From Armatimonadota bacterium (lineage in GTDB: Bacteria > Armatimonadota > Fimbriimonadia > Fimbriimonadales > Fimbriimonadaceae), in assembly GCA_031430115.1 (NCBI GenBank), contig JANPAV010000153.1, forward strand, positions 19,880 through 83,879: DNA of 64,000 bases, read 5' to 3'. A program made the translations under genes and the position numbers. Under the pieces are notes generated by a model that searched no databases, was not told the origin of the DNA, and was given only the letters and a program-made list of their open reading frames with translations. Below are positions 19,370 through 28,110 of the stretch, piece after piece (position 1 is the first letter of the stretch; every line of letters starts with the position of its first letter).

Positions 19370-20030
19370 ATTTGTAGCCGACTCCACGAACGGTTTGAAT
19401 TCGGTCGGTAGCATCAGGTGTAGTTGCTAGGCGCATTCGTAGCCATCGGACATGAACGTCTACCGTTCGGCTGGTGACGTAGGCGTCTTTGCCCCAAATT
19501 CGGTCGAGAAGTGCTTCACGAGAGAAGACTTGTCCAGCGTTTTTGGCCAAGAAGAGCAAAAGGGCAAATTCCTTAGGTGAAAGGGTTAAAGTCTTGCCAT
19601 CAAGTGTTGCTTCGTGAGTTCGTGGGTCTATTCGGAGGTCGCCACGCTCTACGAGCTCTTGGATGGTTTCGTTTCCTGATCTGCGAAGAATGGCTCTTAC
19701 CCGGGCAACCAACTCGGTCATATTGAATGGCTTGACAACATAGTCGTCGGCACCCATTTCGAGACCCATAATTCGATCTTCTTCTGAGGCTCGAGCTGAG
19801 ACAAAAATGATCGGAGTTTCGTTTTCTCGCCGGACTGCCTTGCAGAAGTCGTGTCCGCTGCGATTGGGCAGCATGATGTCGAGAATGACTAGGTTTGGCT
19901 TCACTCGCTTAAACAGTCTCATCCCGTCTTCTGCCGTTTCAGCCGTAAAAGTGTTAAAGCCTTCCTTTCGGAATTTATTTTCTAGCGTTTCTATGATCGC
20001 AATTTCATCATCGACAATGAGAATTGTCAT
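19359..20030 (-). CDS. OmpR/PhoB-family response regulator (no adjacent kinase)
   Basis: ILIVDDE, LDIMLP, GADDYVVKPF, RTVDVHVRWLR and IQTVRGVGY. The SD GGAAAGGA supports ATG 20030. Confidence 0.93.
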   Translation of the reverse strand: MTILIVDDEIAIIETLENKFRKEGFNTFTAETAEDGMRLFKRVKPNLVILDIMLPNRSGHDFCKAVRRENETPIIFVSARASEEDRIMGLEMGADDYVVKPFNMTELVARVRAILRRSGNETIQELVERGDLRIDPRTHEATLDGKTLTLSPKEFALLLFLAKNAGQVFSREALLDRIWGKDAYVTSRTVDVHVRWLRMRLATTPDATDRIQTVRGVGYKFIG

Positions 20031-20140
20031 GCTTCCTTTCCCCTGCTTGACTTTTTCAAGTTGATCCATTGCTGCCATATTGTTCTTAGCGACCCCGCTA
20101 GGAACAGTTTTAACATGACATTATTAAGGGATCGTAAAGG

Positions 20141-21271
20141 TTACGATCCAACGGCCATGATTTCTACATTGGCACGAGGGACCGTAACTTCTTCTCCTGA
20201 ACCTATTTTTGCTCTCAAAACCCTGACATGAGTACCAGATTCCAGGGTCACTAGTTCGGCGGGTAAGTCGGTGACCGATCCGATCATTCCAAAGAATGGT
20301 TCTCGGATAATTCGAATCTGGCTTCCAACTTCAAGTGCTAGTGCCTTTTCTTCGTGAGCCGCATTCCCTGCATGTGGTGGATCCGGAACAATGATTTCTG
20401 GTCGAATTACGCCGGCCCGAATTTGGGTTGACCCATTGAGAGATGCTACTAATCCTTCTAAAGATTTAAGCAGTTCGAAGGTTCGGTTAGCCATTGGCAA
20501 GAACCCGAATCCTTCGGTAATGATTAGAGACAAATTTATTTTCTCTGTACCGGTAATGGCTACGCCTATGTCGTAACCAAGGAATTCAATGAGATCACTA
20601 TCTTTAAGCCCACCAGCAATAATTCCTGCCGCACCGACCTTTGAGGCTTTTTTGATGGCTGCTGCTGTCATACCAGATCCTCCAATGAGAATTTTTCCTT
20701 GGTCGTCGTCTTTGATATTTCCTTCGTCCAGTAGTTGATCTGGTCCACTGACAGCAACTCGAATTTTGCCTTGGCGCTCACCACCGACTCCGAAGATTCC
20801 TTGGATCATGGCGCAACGAGTTTCGATAATGGCCCCTTCTTCTGGCATCACCTCAACGATTGTGCCTTTTATATAAGCATCGATTTCAATGGGAATGGAT
20901 GGCTCACGTACCAAAGCATTTCCCGTGATATCGCTGTAGGACTCTAGAGTTCCAGTGAAGTCGCAGACCGCGATCGGAGCCTTGAACAGGCCAAACATTT
21001 TTTTTCCTTCGGCAATTACTTGGCCGGCCTCAACTGGAGAACCTAGTTCGACTTTCATGAACTGGGTTACATCCTTTGCTTCTACGCCTAGTTGGTCGGC
21101 CAGCTTTACGTTTTGAAGTGCTCCTGGGAGCATTGCTCTTGCTACGGGGCTTTTCGGATCGACCGAATCACCAACTTTGACAAGAACTTCTCCCTTAATT
21201 GGAAGTCGTCGAGTACGACGAACGACGATGTCGCTACTTACTGTTAGCCCTGGTGTATATGCGCTGCCCAA
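20141..21271 (-). CDS. Conserved uncharacterised protein with barrel-sandwich-hybrid repeats, a swivelling-type middle domain and a KOW-like C-terminus
   Basis: GEVLVKVGDSV and GSPVEAGQVIA (BSH-like), QGIFGVGGE, GAAGIIAGG, IITEGFG, TQIRAGVIRPE, VGSQIRIIREPFFGMIG and VPRANVE. Confidence 0.6.
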   Translation of the reverse strand: MGSAYTPGLTVSSDIVVRRTRRLPIKGEVLVKVGDSVDPKSPVARAMLPGALQNVKLADQLGVEAKDVTQFMKVELGSPVEAGQVIAEGKKMFGLFKAPIAVCDFTGTLESYSDITGNALVREPSIPIEIDAYIKGTIVEVMPEEGAIIETRCAMIQGIFGVGGERQGKIRVAVSGPDQLLDEGNIKDDDQGKILIGGSGMTAAAIKKASKVGAAGIIAGGLKDSDLIEFLGYDIGVAITGTEKINLSLIITEGFGFLPMANRTFELLKSLEGLVASLNGSTQIRAGVIRPEIIVPDPPHAGNAAHEEKALALEVGSQIRIIREPFFGMIGSVTDLPAELVTLESGTHVRVLRAKIGSGEEVTVPRANVEIMAVGS

Positions 21272-21311
21272 ACCTTTATGTCCTCAGAATCTGGACAAAT
21301 TGTACTTGATG

Positions 21312-22298
21312 TTAGGCGTCGCGGTCGCTACTGTGACCAGGGAAGAGTTTAGCTTCCGGGTCAAGATAAGTTTTTGCATAGCAAACGGCAGTCGCCGCTT
21401 CGCCAACACCAGTTGCAATGAGCTTGAGTTTCGTTCCGTAGCTTGCCACGTCTCCCACAGCAAATACTCTTGGTAAATTGGTTTCAAATCGTTCGTCAAC
21501 TTTGATTTGATTCTTTTCGATTTCTAACCCCCACTCTTTGAGCGGTCCAAGGCTCGATTTAAATCCAATGTTCACACAAACTTCGTCACATGTAAAGTGT
21601 TCAAGTTCCTTGGATTGAGTGTTTTCCAGAGTTAAACCCGTCAGATGATCAACGCCGTGAAGTTCCTTTACAATATAGAAAAGCTTCATTTCAACCGAAC
21701 TAGCCTTGACTTTGGCAACGCTGTCTTCGTGGGCTTTGAACCCATCCCGACGATGAATCAGAGTGATTGTTTCAGCAATATCTTGGAGGTCCATGCACCA
21801 ATCAAAAGCGCTGTCTCCTCCCCCAACGATTGCCAATTTCTTTCCCGTGAAAATGCTTCGATCCCGCACCCCATAGTGAATTCCCTTGCCGGCGTATGAC
21901 TCTTCGCGTTCGACTCCGATTTTGGTTGGTTGAAAGGCCCCTGGCCCAGCCGAAATAATGATTGTAGAAGTTTCGAGTTCTAGACCCTTGTCCGTGATGA
22001 TCGTGTAAGAATCACCATTGTTAACCAGGGTTTGGGCAGTGTTATCTAGAACAAGCTTTGGGTGAAATTGGCTGACTTGCTCAACCATTGCCCTGGCCAA
22101 ATCCTTTGCGAGAACTTTCGGGAATCCTGGCATGTCGTAAATGTATTTTTCTGGGTAGAGCGCGGTTAACTGTCCACCGAGCTCGGGAAGAGAGTCGATG
22201 ATTCGGACAGACATGCCTCTTAACCCAGCATAAAAAGCGGCGAAGAGGCCACAGGGACCTCCTCCAATCACGGTTACATCAACTTTGCTCATTCGCAT
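21312..22298 (-). CDS. Ferredoxin--NADP+ reductase, thioredoxin-reductase-like (YumC type)
   Basis: GGGPCGLFAAFYAG, LGGQLTALYPEKYIYD, GGGDSAFDW, FAVGDV..KLKLIATG and C-terminal PGHSS; no CxxC. Confidence 0.9.
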   Translation of the reverse strand: MRMSKVDVTVIGGGPCGLFAAFYAGLRGMSVRIIDSLPELGGQLTALYPEKYIYDMPGFPKVLAKDLARAMVEQVSQFHPKLVLDNTAQTLVNNGDSYTIITDKGLELETSTIIISAGPGAFQPTKIGVEREESYAGKGIHYGVRDRSIFTGKKLAIVGGGDSAFDWCMDLQDIAETITLIHRRDGFKAHEDSVAKVKASSVEMKLFYIVKELHGVDHLTGLTLENTQSKELEHFTCDEVCVNIGFKSSLGPLKEWGLEIEKNQIKVDERFETNLPRVFAVGDVASYGTKLKLIATGVGEAATAVCYAKTYLDPEAKLFPGHSSDRDA

Positions 22299-22414
22299 TA
22301 GGAGTGGCTCAGCATCGAACCTAACGTAGTTTACTTCAATGTGATTTCGAACCTAGGCTATCCTGCTTTCTTTCGTTGAGCCAAAGCTTCAATAGAAGAA
22401 AATTCGTTAGAAAG

Positions 22415-22468
22415 TTGTAGATTTCCTTACAAAGTCCTTTCCCTTTTCTAGTGAAATTAGGTTACAAT
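22415..22468 (+). promoter_or_regulatory. Candidate pilB promoter: TTGTA-N8-TACAA palindrome plus -10 TACAAT
   Basis: Palindrome at 22415-22432; TACAAT at 22463-22468, 47 nt before the pilB ATG. Confidence 0.4.
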
Positions 22469-22515
22469 CCCTCAATCACACTTGGGAGAGTGTGTTTTCC
22501 TGCTGAGAGTTCAAC

Positions 22516-24270
22516 ATGGCAATGCCACGTGTTTCAATGATAGAGTTTCTTATTCAGAAAGACTTTCTGACTAAAGAGCAAGCCGATGAGGCAACTAAGG
22601 TTTCGCAACAGACCAATTCGTCCTTGGAAAAGGCAATTGTTCAACTGGGATTCTGTGGAGAAAGGGAAGTTCTCCAAGCCAAAGCACAGGAGGCTGGCCT
22701 CGGATTCGCCGATCTCGATCGGATGACGATCGATTCTAGTGCCCTAAACGTCGTCCCGGAAAGGATAGTTAAAAACCATAGTGCGATCCCTGTTCGAAAG
22801 GACGGGAATACCCTTTGGGTCGCCATGTCAAATCCGAACAACGTTTCGGCGATTGACGATTTCCGAATTGCTTCGGGTTGTCGGGTTGTGCCAGTTTTGG
22901 CAGTTCCCGGCGCAATTGACGATGCAATTCGAAAGAATTATGGTGGCGGCACCGTTGTTCAGGCAGTTGCCGAGACGACCAACAAGCCAGCGAGTGCTGA
23001 TTTTGCAAGGATTATGGCTGAGGCTGGAGTCAAGCAAGGTCGGGATGCCGATGCTGCTTTGGACGATGGTCGCGAAGATGATACGACAGGCGCAGATGCC
23101 GCACCGATTATTAAGCTAGCAAGCGCGATTATTCAGCAAGCGATTTCAGACCGAGCATCTGACGTTCACATTGAACCAGGCGTTCGATCGATTCGAGTTC
23201 GATACCGTGTTGACGGTGTACTGATGGAGGCAATGACGGTTCCTCGGAACCTCATGGCACCTCTTATCAGCCGCTACAAGATCATGGCGGATATGAATAT
23301 TGCGGAGCGTAGAATCCCGCAAGACGGTCGTATCGAAGTTAAGTCAGGCAACAAAGAAATTGATCTTCGCGTAAGCTCAATTCCAACTCCGTTCGGGGAG
23401 AAGATCGTTATGCGAATTCTCGATAAGACCACGGTTATGATTGGTCTTGAGAAAATTGGCTTTACTGAAGAAAATCAAGTTCGTATTGAAGAACTCGTCA
23501 GCCAGCCGAACGGTATGTTCCTTTGTACCGGTCCTACGGGATCCGGAAAGACCACGACTCAGTATTCGGTTCTCAATAAATTGAATACGGTTGGGGTAAA
23601 CATTATTACGGCAGAGGATCCGATTGAGTATCAGCTCAATGGAATCGCTCAGGTTCAGATGAACCGAAAGGCGGGACTGACGTTTGCGACCGCACTTCGA
23701 GCCTATCTTCGACAAGACCCAGACATCATCATGGTTGGTGAAATGCGAGACCTTGAGACGGCTGAAATTGCGATTGAAGCGTCTCTTACTGGTCACTTGG
23801 TACTTTCCACACTTCACACCAACGATGCTCCTTCGGCTACTCTTCGTATGATAGACATGGGCGTTGAGCCTTATTTGATCGCAGCGACCGTCATCGGAGT
23901 TCTCGCTCAACGACTTGGTAGAAAGATTGACGTTGACAATAAGGAGACATACGAAGTAACCCAAATGGACCTTCGGCGATTCGGTTTTAACGTGACGAAT
24001 CCTGATGAATTGGTAACCCTTTATCGAGGCGTTCCAGCCGAATATAACCGAATGACTGGCTATCGAGGTCGAACCGGTTTCCATGAATTAATGGTAATGA
24101 ATGCGGAAATCGCGGAACTTGTTGTTCGCCGTGCCCCTCTAAATGATGTTAAAGAGGCAGCAAAAGCTGGTGGTATGCGAGAGTTACGCGAAGACGGTCT
24201 TTACAAGGTTCTTCAAGGAGTCACGACTCCAGAAGAAGTTATGCGTGTCGTATTTACGGCAGGTTTCTAG
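22516..24270 (+). CDS. pilB: Type IV pilus extension ATPase PilB (GspE/PulE family)
   Basis: ASDVHIEP, RIPQDGRI, Walker A GPTGSGKT, EDPIEY, LRQDPDIIMVGEMRD and TGHLVLSTLHTN. Confidence 0.93.
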   Translation: MAMPRVSMIEFLIQKDFLTKEQADEATKVSQQTNSSLEKAIVQLGFCGEREVLQAKAQEAGLGFADLDRMTIDSSALNVVPERIVKNHSAIPVRKDGNTLWVAMSNPNNVSAIDDFRIASGCRVVPVLAVPGAIDDAIRKNYGGGTVVQAVAETTNKPASADFARIMAEAGVKQGRDADAALDDGREDDTTGADAAPIIKLASAIIQQAISDRASDVHIEPGVRSIRVRYRVDGVLMEAMTVPRNLMAPLISRYKIMADMNIAERRIPQDGRIEVKSGNKEIDLRVSSIPTPFGEKIVMRILDKTTVMIGLEKIGFTEENQVRIEELVSQPNGMFLCTGPTGSGKTTTQYSVLNKLNTVGVNIITAEDPIEYQLNGIAQVQMNRKAGLTFATALRAYLRQDPDIIMVGEMRDLETAEIAIEASLTGHLVLSTLHTNDAPSATLRMIDMGVEPYLIAATVIGVLAQRLGRKIDVDNKETYEVTQMDLRRFGFNVTNPDELVTLYRGVPAEYNRMTGYRGRTGFHELMVMNAEIAELVVRRAPLNDVKEAAKAGGMRELREDGLYKVLQGVTTPEEVMRVVFTAGF

Positions 24271-24289
24271 GTACTAAGCAAGAGCAAAA

Positions 24290-25615
24290 ATGCAGAACGA
24301 TCCATCCAGACAAAATCAAGGTGCTCCTCCTCAAGGCGGCGCACCGCGTCCACAGATGTCGGCTCCACCTTCCCAGCTAATTCCTGGCGGCGGTGACGAT
24401 TGGAAGTCAAAAATTGATACTATCAGCGGTATTCCTAATGACGAAAAGCCATTAGGCCCAAGGGCAACCGTCGATGATCTTCATATTGATGAGCTTCTAG
24501 GCATTTTGGTGGACATGAATTGTTCAGACCTTCACATTTGTCAACAGTCGCCACCCATTGTCCGTCACGATGGAAAGATTAAGCGTCTTAACTACGATGT
24601 CTTTATTCCGGAAAACATTCAGCGAATAATGTACGAAGTCATTTCCGATGATCAGATTCAACGATTTGAAACAACCCATGAATTAGACTTTTCCTATTCG
24701 CTACCGATTCCTTTCCATTTGCGTGTTCCTGGTGGACCGACCGCCCGAGCCCGATTCCGGGTGAATTTGTATAAGGATAAAGGAGCGTGCGCAGCCGCGT
24801 TTCGATTGATTTCATCCAAGATTCCGACGGTTGAAGACCTCAAATTACCGTTAGTGTTGAAGAGTCTTACCGAAAAGCCTCGTGGTTTGATCTTGGTGAC
24901 CGGACCAACCGGTTCTGGAAAGTCAACGTCGCTTGCCGCGATGATCAACCACATCAATCTTAATCATGCTCACCACATTATTACGATTGAAGATCCGATT
25001 GAATATCTCCACGAGCACAAACTAAGTGTCATCAACCAACGTGAGTTGGGAATGGACACAATGAGCTTTGGGAATGCTCTTCGGGCGAGCCTTCGTGAAG
25101 ATCCAGATATCCTACTGGTTGGTGAAATGCGGGACGTTGAGACGATATCGCTTGCGATCACTGCGGCAGAAACAGGACACCTTGTTTTTGCTACACTTCA
25201 CACCAACAACGCAGCAGAAAGCGTTGACCGAATGATTGACGTTTTCCCTCCGGGACAACAAGAGCAAATTCGTGTTCAGCTTTCGAACAACTTGGTTGCA
25301 ATTATTTCCCAGCAACTCCTGACTCACGCAAGTGGAAAGGGACGTGTGCCGGCAAATGAAATTATGGTTGCTTCCCCTGCTATTCGGAACCTTATCCGAG
25401 AAGCAAAAACTCACCAAATTACATCCATGATCCAAACTTCGGCAAATATGGGAATGTTTACAATGGATCAATGTCTTCGCGACCTCTATCTAAAGGGATG
25501 GATCAGCCTCGAAGATGCCATGTCTCGATGTACCAACGTCGAGGAACTCAAGAAAATGCTTGCGACCAGCGGTGGCATGCAACAAAGTACAGGAACAGGT
25601 CAGATAAGACGATAA
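24290..25615 (+). CDS. pilT: Type IV pilus retraction ATPase PilT
   Basis: CSDLH, RFRVN, GPTGSGKST, LREDPDILLVGEMRD, AAETGHLVFATLHT and the AIRNLIRE motif; Pro/Gln-rich N-terminal extension. Confidence 0.95.
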   Translation: MQNDPSRQNQGAPPQGGAPRPQMSAPPSQLIPGGGDDWKSKIDTISGIPNDEKPLGPRATVDDLHIDELLGILVDMNCSDLHICQQSPPIVRHDGKIKRLNYDVFIPENIQRIMYEVISDDQIQRFETTHELDFSYSLPIPFHLRVPGGPTARARFRVNLYKDKGACAAAFRLISSKIPTVEDLKLPLVLKSLTEKPRGLILVTGPTGSGKSTSLAAMINHINLNHAHHIITIEDPIEYLHEHKLSVINQRELGMDTMSFGNALRASLREDPDILLVGEMRDVETISLAITAAETGHLVFATLHTNNAAESVDRMIDVFPPGQQEQIRVQLSNNLVAIISQQLLTHASGKGRVPANEIMVASPAIRNLIREAKTHQITSMIQTSANMGMFTMDQCLRDLYLKGWISLEDAMSRCTNVEELKKMLATSGGMQQSTGTGQIRR

Positions 25616-25627
25616 TAGGAGAAAACA

Positions 25628-26860
25628 ATGCCTATCTTCAGCTACACATTTAAAGACGCAGTAGGTGCTATCCAAAAAGGAACCGCCGACGCTGAAAGCG
25701 AAGAGCTTTTACGGAAACGCTTTGAGGAACAAGGCTTTACGATCACCGAATTAACGATGATCAAAGCTAAGAGCCCAAAGGTCAAGAGTCCAGGAAAAGT
25801 CAAGCTAACCGATCTTTCGGTTTGGTGTCGACAATTCTCAACCATGGTTGACGCTGGTGTTTCGCTCGTTCGATGTCTTGACGTTCTTGGTCATCAAACC
25901 CAGAACAAGAGACTTAAGAAGATCATTGCGGACCTTGGTACAAGGGTTGAAGCTGGTGAATCGCTAAGTCGTGCCATGCAGCGCCACCCTAAGTCGTTTA
26001 GTTCTCTCTTTATTGGTTTGATTAAAGCTGGTGAAGTTGGTGGTGTACTGGAAGAGTCTCTTCAACGATTGAGCCACTTCCTTGAGAAAGACGTTGAACT
26101 TCGACGAAAAGTTAAGTCGGCTCTGACCTATCCGGTTCTCGTTTCCGTTATGGCAATGGGTATTACTTTCTTCCTTGTTTATTGGTTCGTACCTCAATGG
26201 GCTGCGATTCTTACTGACCTTGGATTGAAAGCTGATGACTTGCCTGCACCAACAAAGTTTTTGATTGACCTTTCGAACATTCTGCTCCATAAAGGTTGGA
26301 TGGTTGCGTTGTCGGCATTTGTCTTATTTATTGCCCACAAACTGTTCGTATCGACTCGGTTTGGACGACGCGTCATGGATCGTGTGAAATTGAAGGTGCC
26401 AGTATTCGGCAAGCTTCACCACAAGATCGCCATGGCAAGATTTAGCCGAACAATGGGCACCTTGTTGACCTCCGGTGTACCAATCCTTCAAGCTATGGAA
26501 ACGGTTGCGGGAACGGTTGGTAACACGATTATGTCCGATGCCATATTAGAAGCAAGAGCTAGAATCCGTGAAGGAGACCGAATTGGTGACCCTCTCGAAG
26601 AATCAGGTTTGTTCCCTCCGATGGTTGTTCACATGATTGGTGTTGGTGAAGAATCTGGATCGCTGGACTTTATGCTTCAAAAGATCGCCGACTTTTACGA
26701 GAACGAGGTTGAAGCCGCTTTGGCTTCATTGACCGCTGCCCTTGAGCCGATCATGATCGTTGGTCTTGGTTTCGTTGTAGGATTTATCGTCATCTCGATG
26801 TTCCTTCCACTCGTTAAAGTTATTTCCTCACTCTCATCGGGTGCGGCAGACGACAGTTAA
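25628..26860 (+). CDS. pilC: Type IV pilus platform protein PilC (GspF family)
   Basis: RQFSTMVDAGV, AGEVGGVLE, VKSALTYP, GEESGSLD and ALEPIMI; AGGAG SD. Confidence 0.95.
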   Translation: MPIFSYTFKDAVGAIQKGTADAESEELLRKRFEEQGFTITELTMIKAKSPKVKSPGKVKLTDLSVWCRQFSTMVDAGVSLVRCLDVLGHQTQNKRLKKIIADLGTRVEAGESLSRAMQRHPKSFSSLFIGLIKAGEVGGVLEESLQRLSHFLEKDVELRRKVKSALTYPVLVSVMAMGITFFLVYWFVPQWAAILTDLGLKADDLPAPTKFLIDLSNILLHKGWMVALSAFVLFIAHKLFVSTRFGRRVMDRVKLKVPVFGKLHHKIAMARFSRTMGTLLTSGVPILQAMETVAGTVGNTIMSDAILEARARIREGDRIGDPLEESGLFPPMVVHMIGVGEESGSLDFMLQKIADFYENEVEAALASLTAALEPIMIVGLGFVVGFIVISMFLPLVKVISSLSSGAADDS

Positions 26861-26882
26861 AAATAGACCTCAATTTGAGGGT

Positions 26883-26915
26883 ACGATGCCCGTTGCAAGC
26901 CGCAACGGGCATCGT
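26883..26915 (+). terminator. Strong hairpin between pilC and pilD (weak terminator or stabiliser)
   Basis: ACGATGCCCGTTGC-aagcc-GCAACGGGCATCGT, a perfect 14-bp stem followed only by TGTTA. Confidence 0.6.
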
Positions 26916-26930
26916 TGTTAGGGAGGACTC

Positions 26931-27959
26931 ATGTTTCCAGAATGGACTTGGATAGTTGGATTGATGATTGGAGCTGCAATCGGCAGCTTTTTAAACGTTG
27001 TCATTTATCGGATGCCTAGGCTCTTATCGCTTGGCAAACCCAAACACAGTTTCTGTCCAGCGTGCAAGCACCAGCTTGGAATGCCAGACTTGGTACCATT
27101 ATTTAGCTGGCTATTTTCGAAAGGCAAATGCCGTCATTGCGGAAATAAAGTTCCCGCTCGATATTTCTGGGTCGAAATAGTTAACGGAGGGCTTTGGGCT
27201 GCCATTTGGTACCGGTACTTTTGTGCTGATCCAACCGGAAGCGAATGGGTTCTTGCCTGCTTCTTTATGGCTGCGACCGCGGCCCTGGTTGCAATCGTTT
27301 TCATCGACGGGGAACATTTCATCATCCCTGACGAAATTAATGCTTTTCTCTTGTTCTTAGGAGTTGGTTTTGCAATTTATTCTCATGAATGGAAGTTCAT
27401 GATTCTCGGTTACTTGATGGGCTGGGGGATCATTTTTGGCATAGCCTTCCTTGGGAGAATTGCTTTTGGTAAAGACGCAATGGGTCATGGCGACATCAAA
27501 ATGATGCGGGGAGTGGGTGCACTTCTTGGATACCAGCTGACCATATTTAATCTTGGTATCGCAGTCATTACTGGTCTAGTTTTTGGACTCTTGTTCATGG
27601 GCATCCAAGCAATGAAGGACTCAAAGTTAAAGGCGCTTGCCGCTGCAAATGGTACCGATGAAGCAAAAACTAATACCGAAGATGAAGGATATGAGCCAGA
27701 GCCAATCAAAGATCTATTCATTCTCGGAATGACTTATTTGTTTTGCCTCGATGTCTTTGCGATTTGGTTTCCCCAAATTTACGCGAAGATGGGATATCCG
27801 GTTGAGGATGTGAGTGTTGAGGAGGACGATTGGCAACCTAGTTTGTCCACAATCCCTTTCGGTCCTTACTTGGCAATTGGGGCAATTGTCTGTATGCTTA
27901 TGAGAACGGAACTATCACAGTATGCGAATGACGTTCTTCGTACTTTAAACGGGACATGA
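26931..27959 (+). CDS. pilD: Prepilin peptidase/N-methyltransferase PilD
   Basis: IGSFLNVVIYRMP, CPAC and CRHC Zn motifs, catalytic FIDGEHFIIPD and MGHGDIK, IPFGPYL; GGAGG SD. Confidence 0.95.
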   Translation: MFPEWTWIVGLMIGAAIGSFLNVVIYRMPRLLSLGKPKHSFCPACKHQLGMPDLVPLFSWLFSKGKCRHCGNKVPARYFWVEIVNGGLWAAIWYRYFCADPTGSEWVLACFFMAATAALVAIVFIDGEHFIIPDEINAFLLFLGVGFAIYSHEWKFMILGYLMGWGIIFGIAFLGRIAFGKDAMGHGDIKMMRGVGALLGYQLTIFNLGIAVITGLVFGLLFMGIQAMKDSKLKALAAANGTDEAKTNTEDEGYEPEPIKDLFILGMTYLFCLDVFAIWFPQIYAKMGYPVEDVSVEEDDWQPSLSTIPFGPYLAIGAIVCMLMRTELSQYANDVLRTLNGT

Positions 27960-28110
27960 TCTGAGATTTTAACCAGGTTTAGGCGTCATAATCGAGTATT
28001 AGAATGATAGGACTTCCGGCCTATTCGCAGAACAAAAGCGAAACGACGGAACAGGATGGGGTTCGCTTGAGTCGAACTCTGATAGGGAAGAGGGTATGGG
28101 AACGGTACAA

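Noticed and set aside
22315-22355. TCGAACCTA direct repeat, 32 bp apart, as a LexA box or operator
   Set aside because: It is not the CGAAC-N4-GTTCG palindrome, and two 9-mers alone are too weak to call.
22477-22494. CACACT-tgggag-AGTGTG hairpin in the pilB leader as a CsrA site
   Set aside because: It is a single GGA-containing loop with poor consensus flanks, and there is no evidence for CsrA in the window.
23377-24084. 235-aa antisense ORF within pilB
   Set aside because: It has no motifs and lies wholly opposite a highly conserved ATPase; most likely a shadow ORF.
28010-28052. c-di-GMP-I (GEMM) riboswitch suggested by TCCGGCCTA...ACGACGG
   Set aside because: Only a P3-like hairpin is present; the upstream GCAAA...GNRA...GACGCAAAG half is missing.
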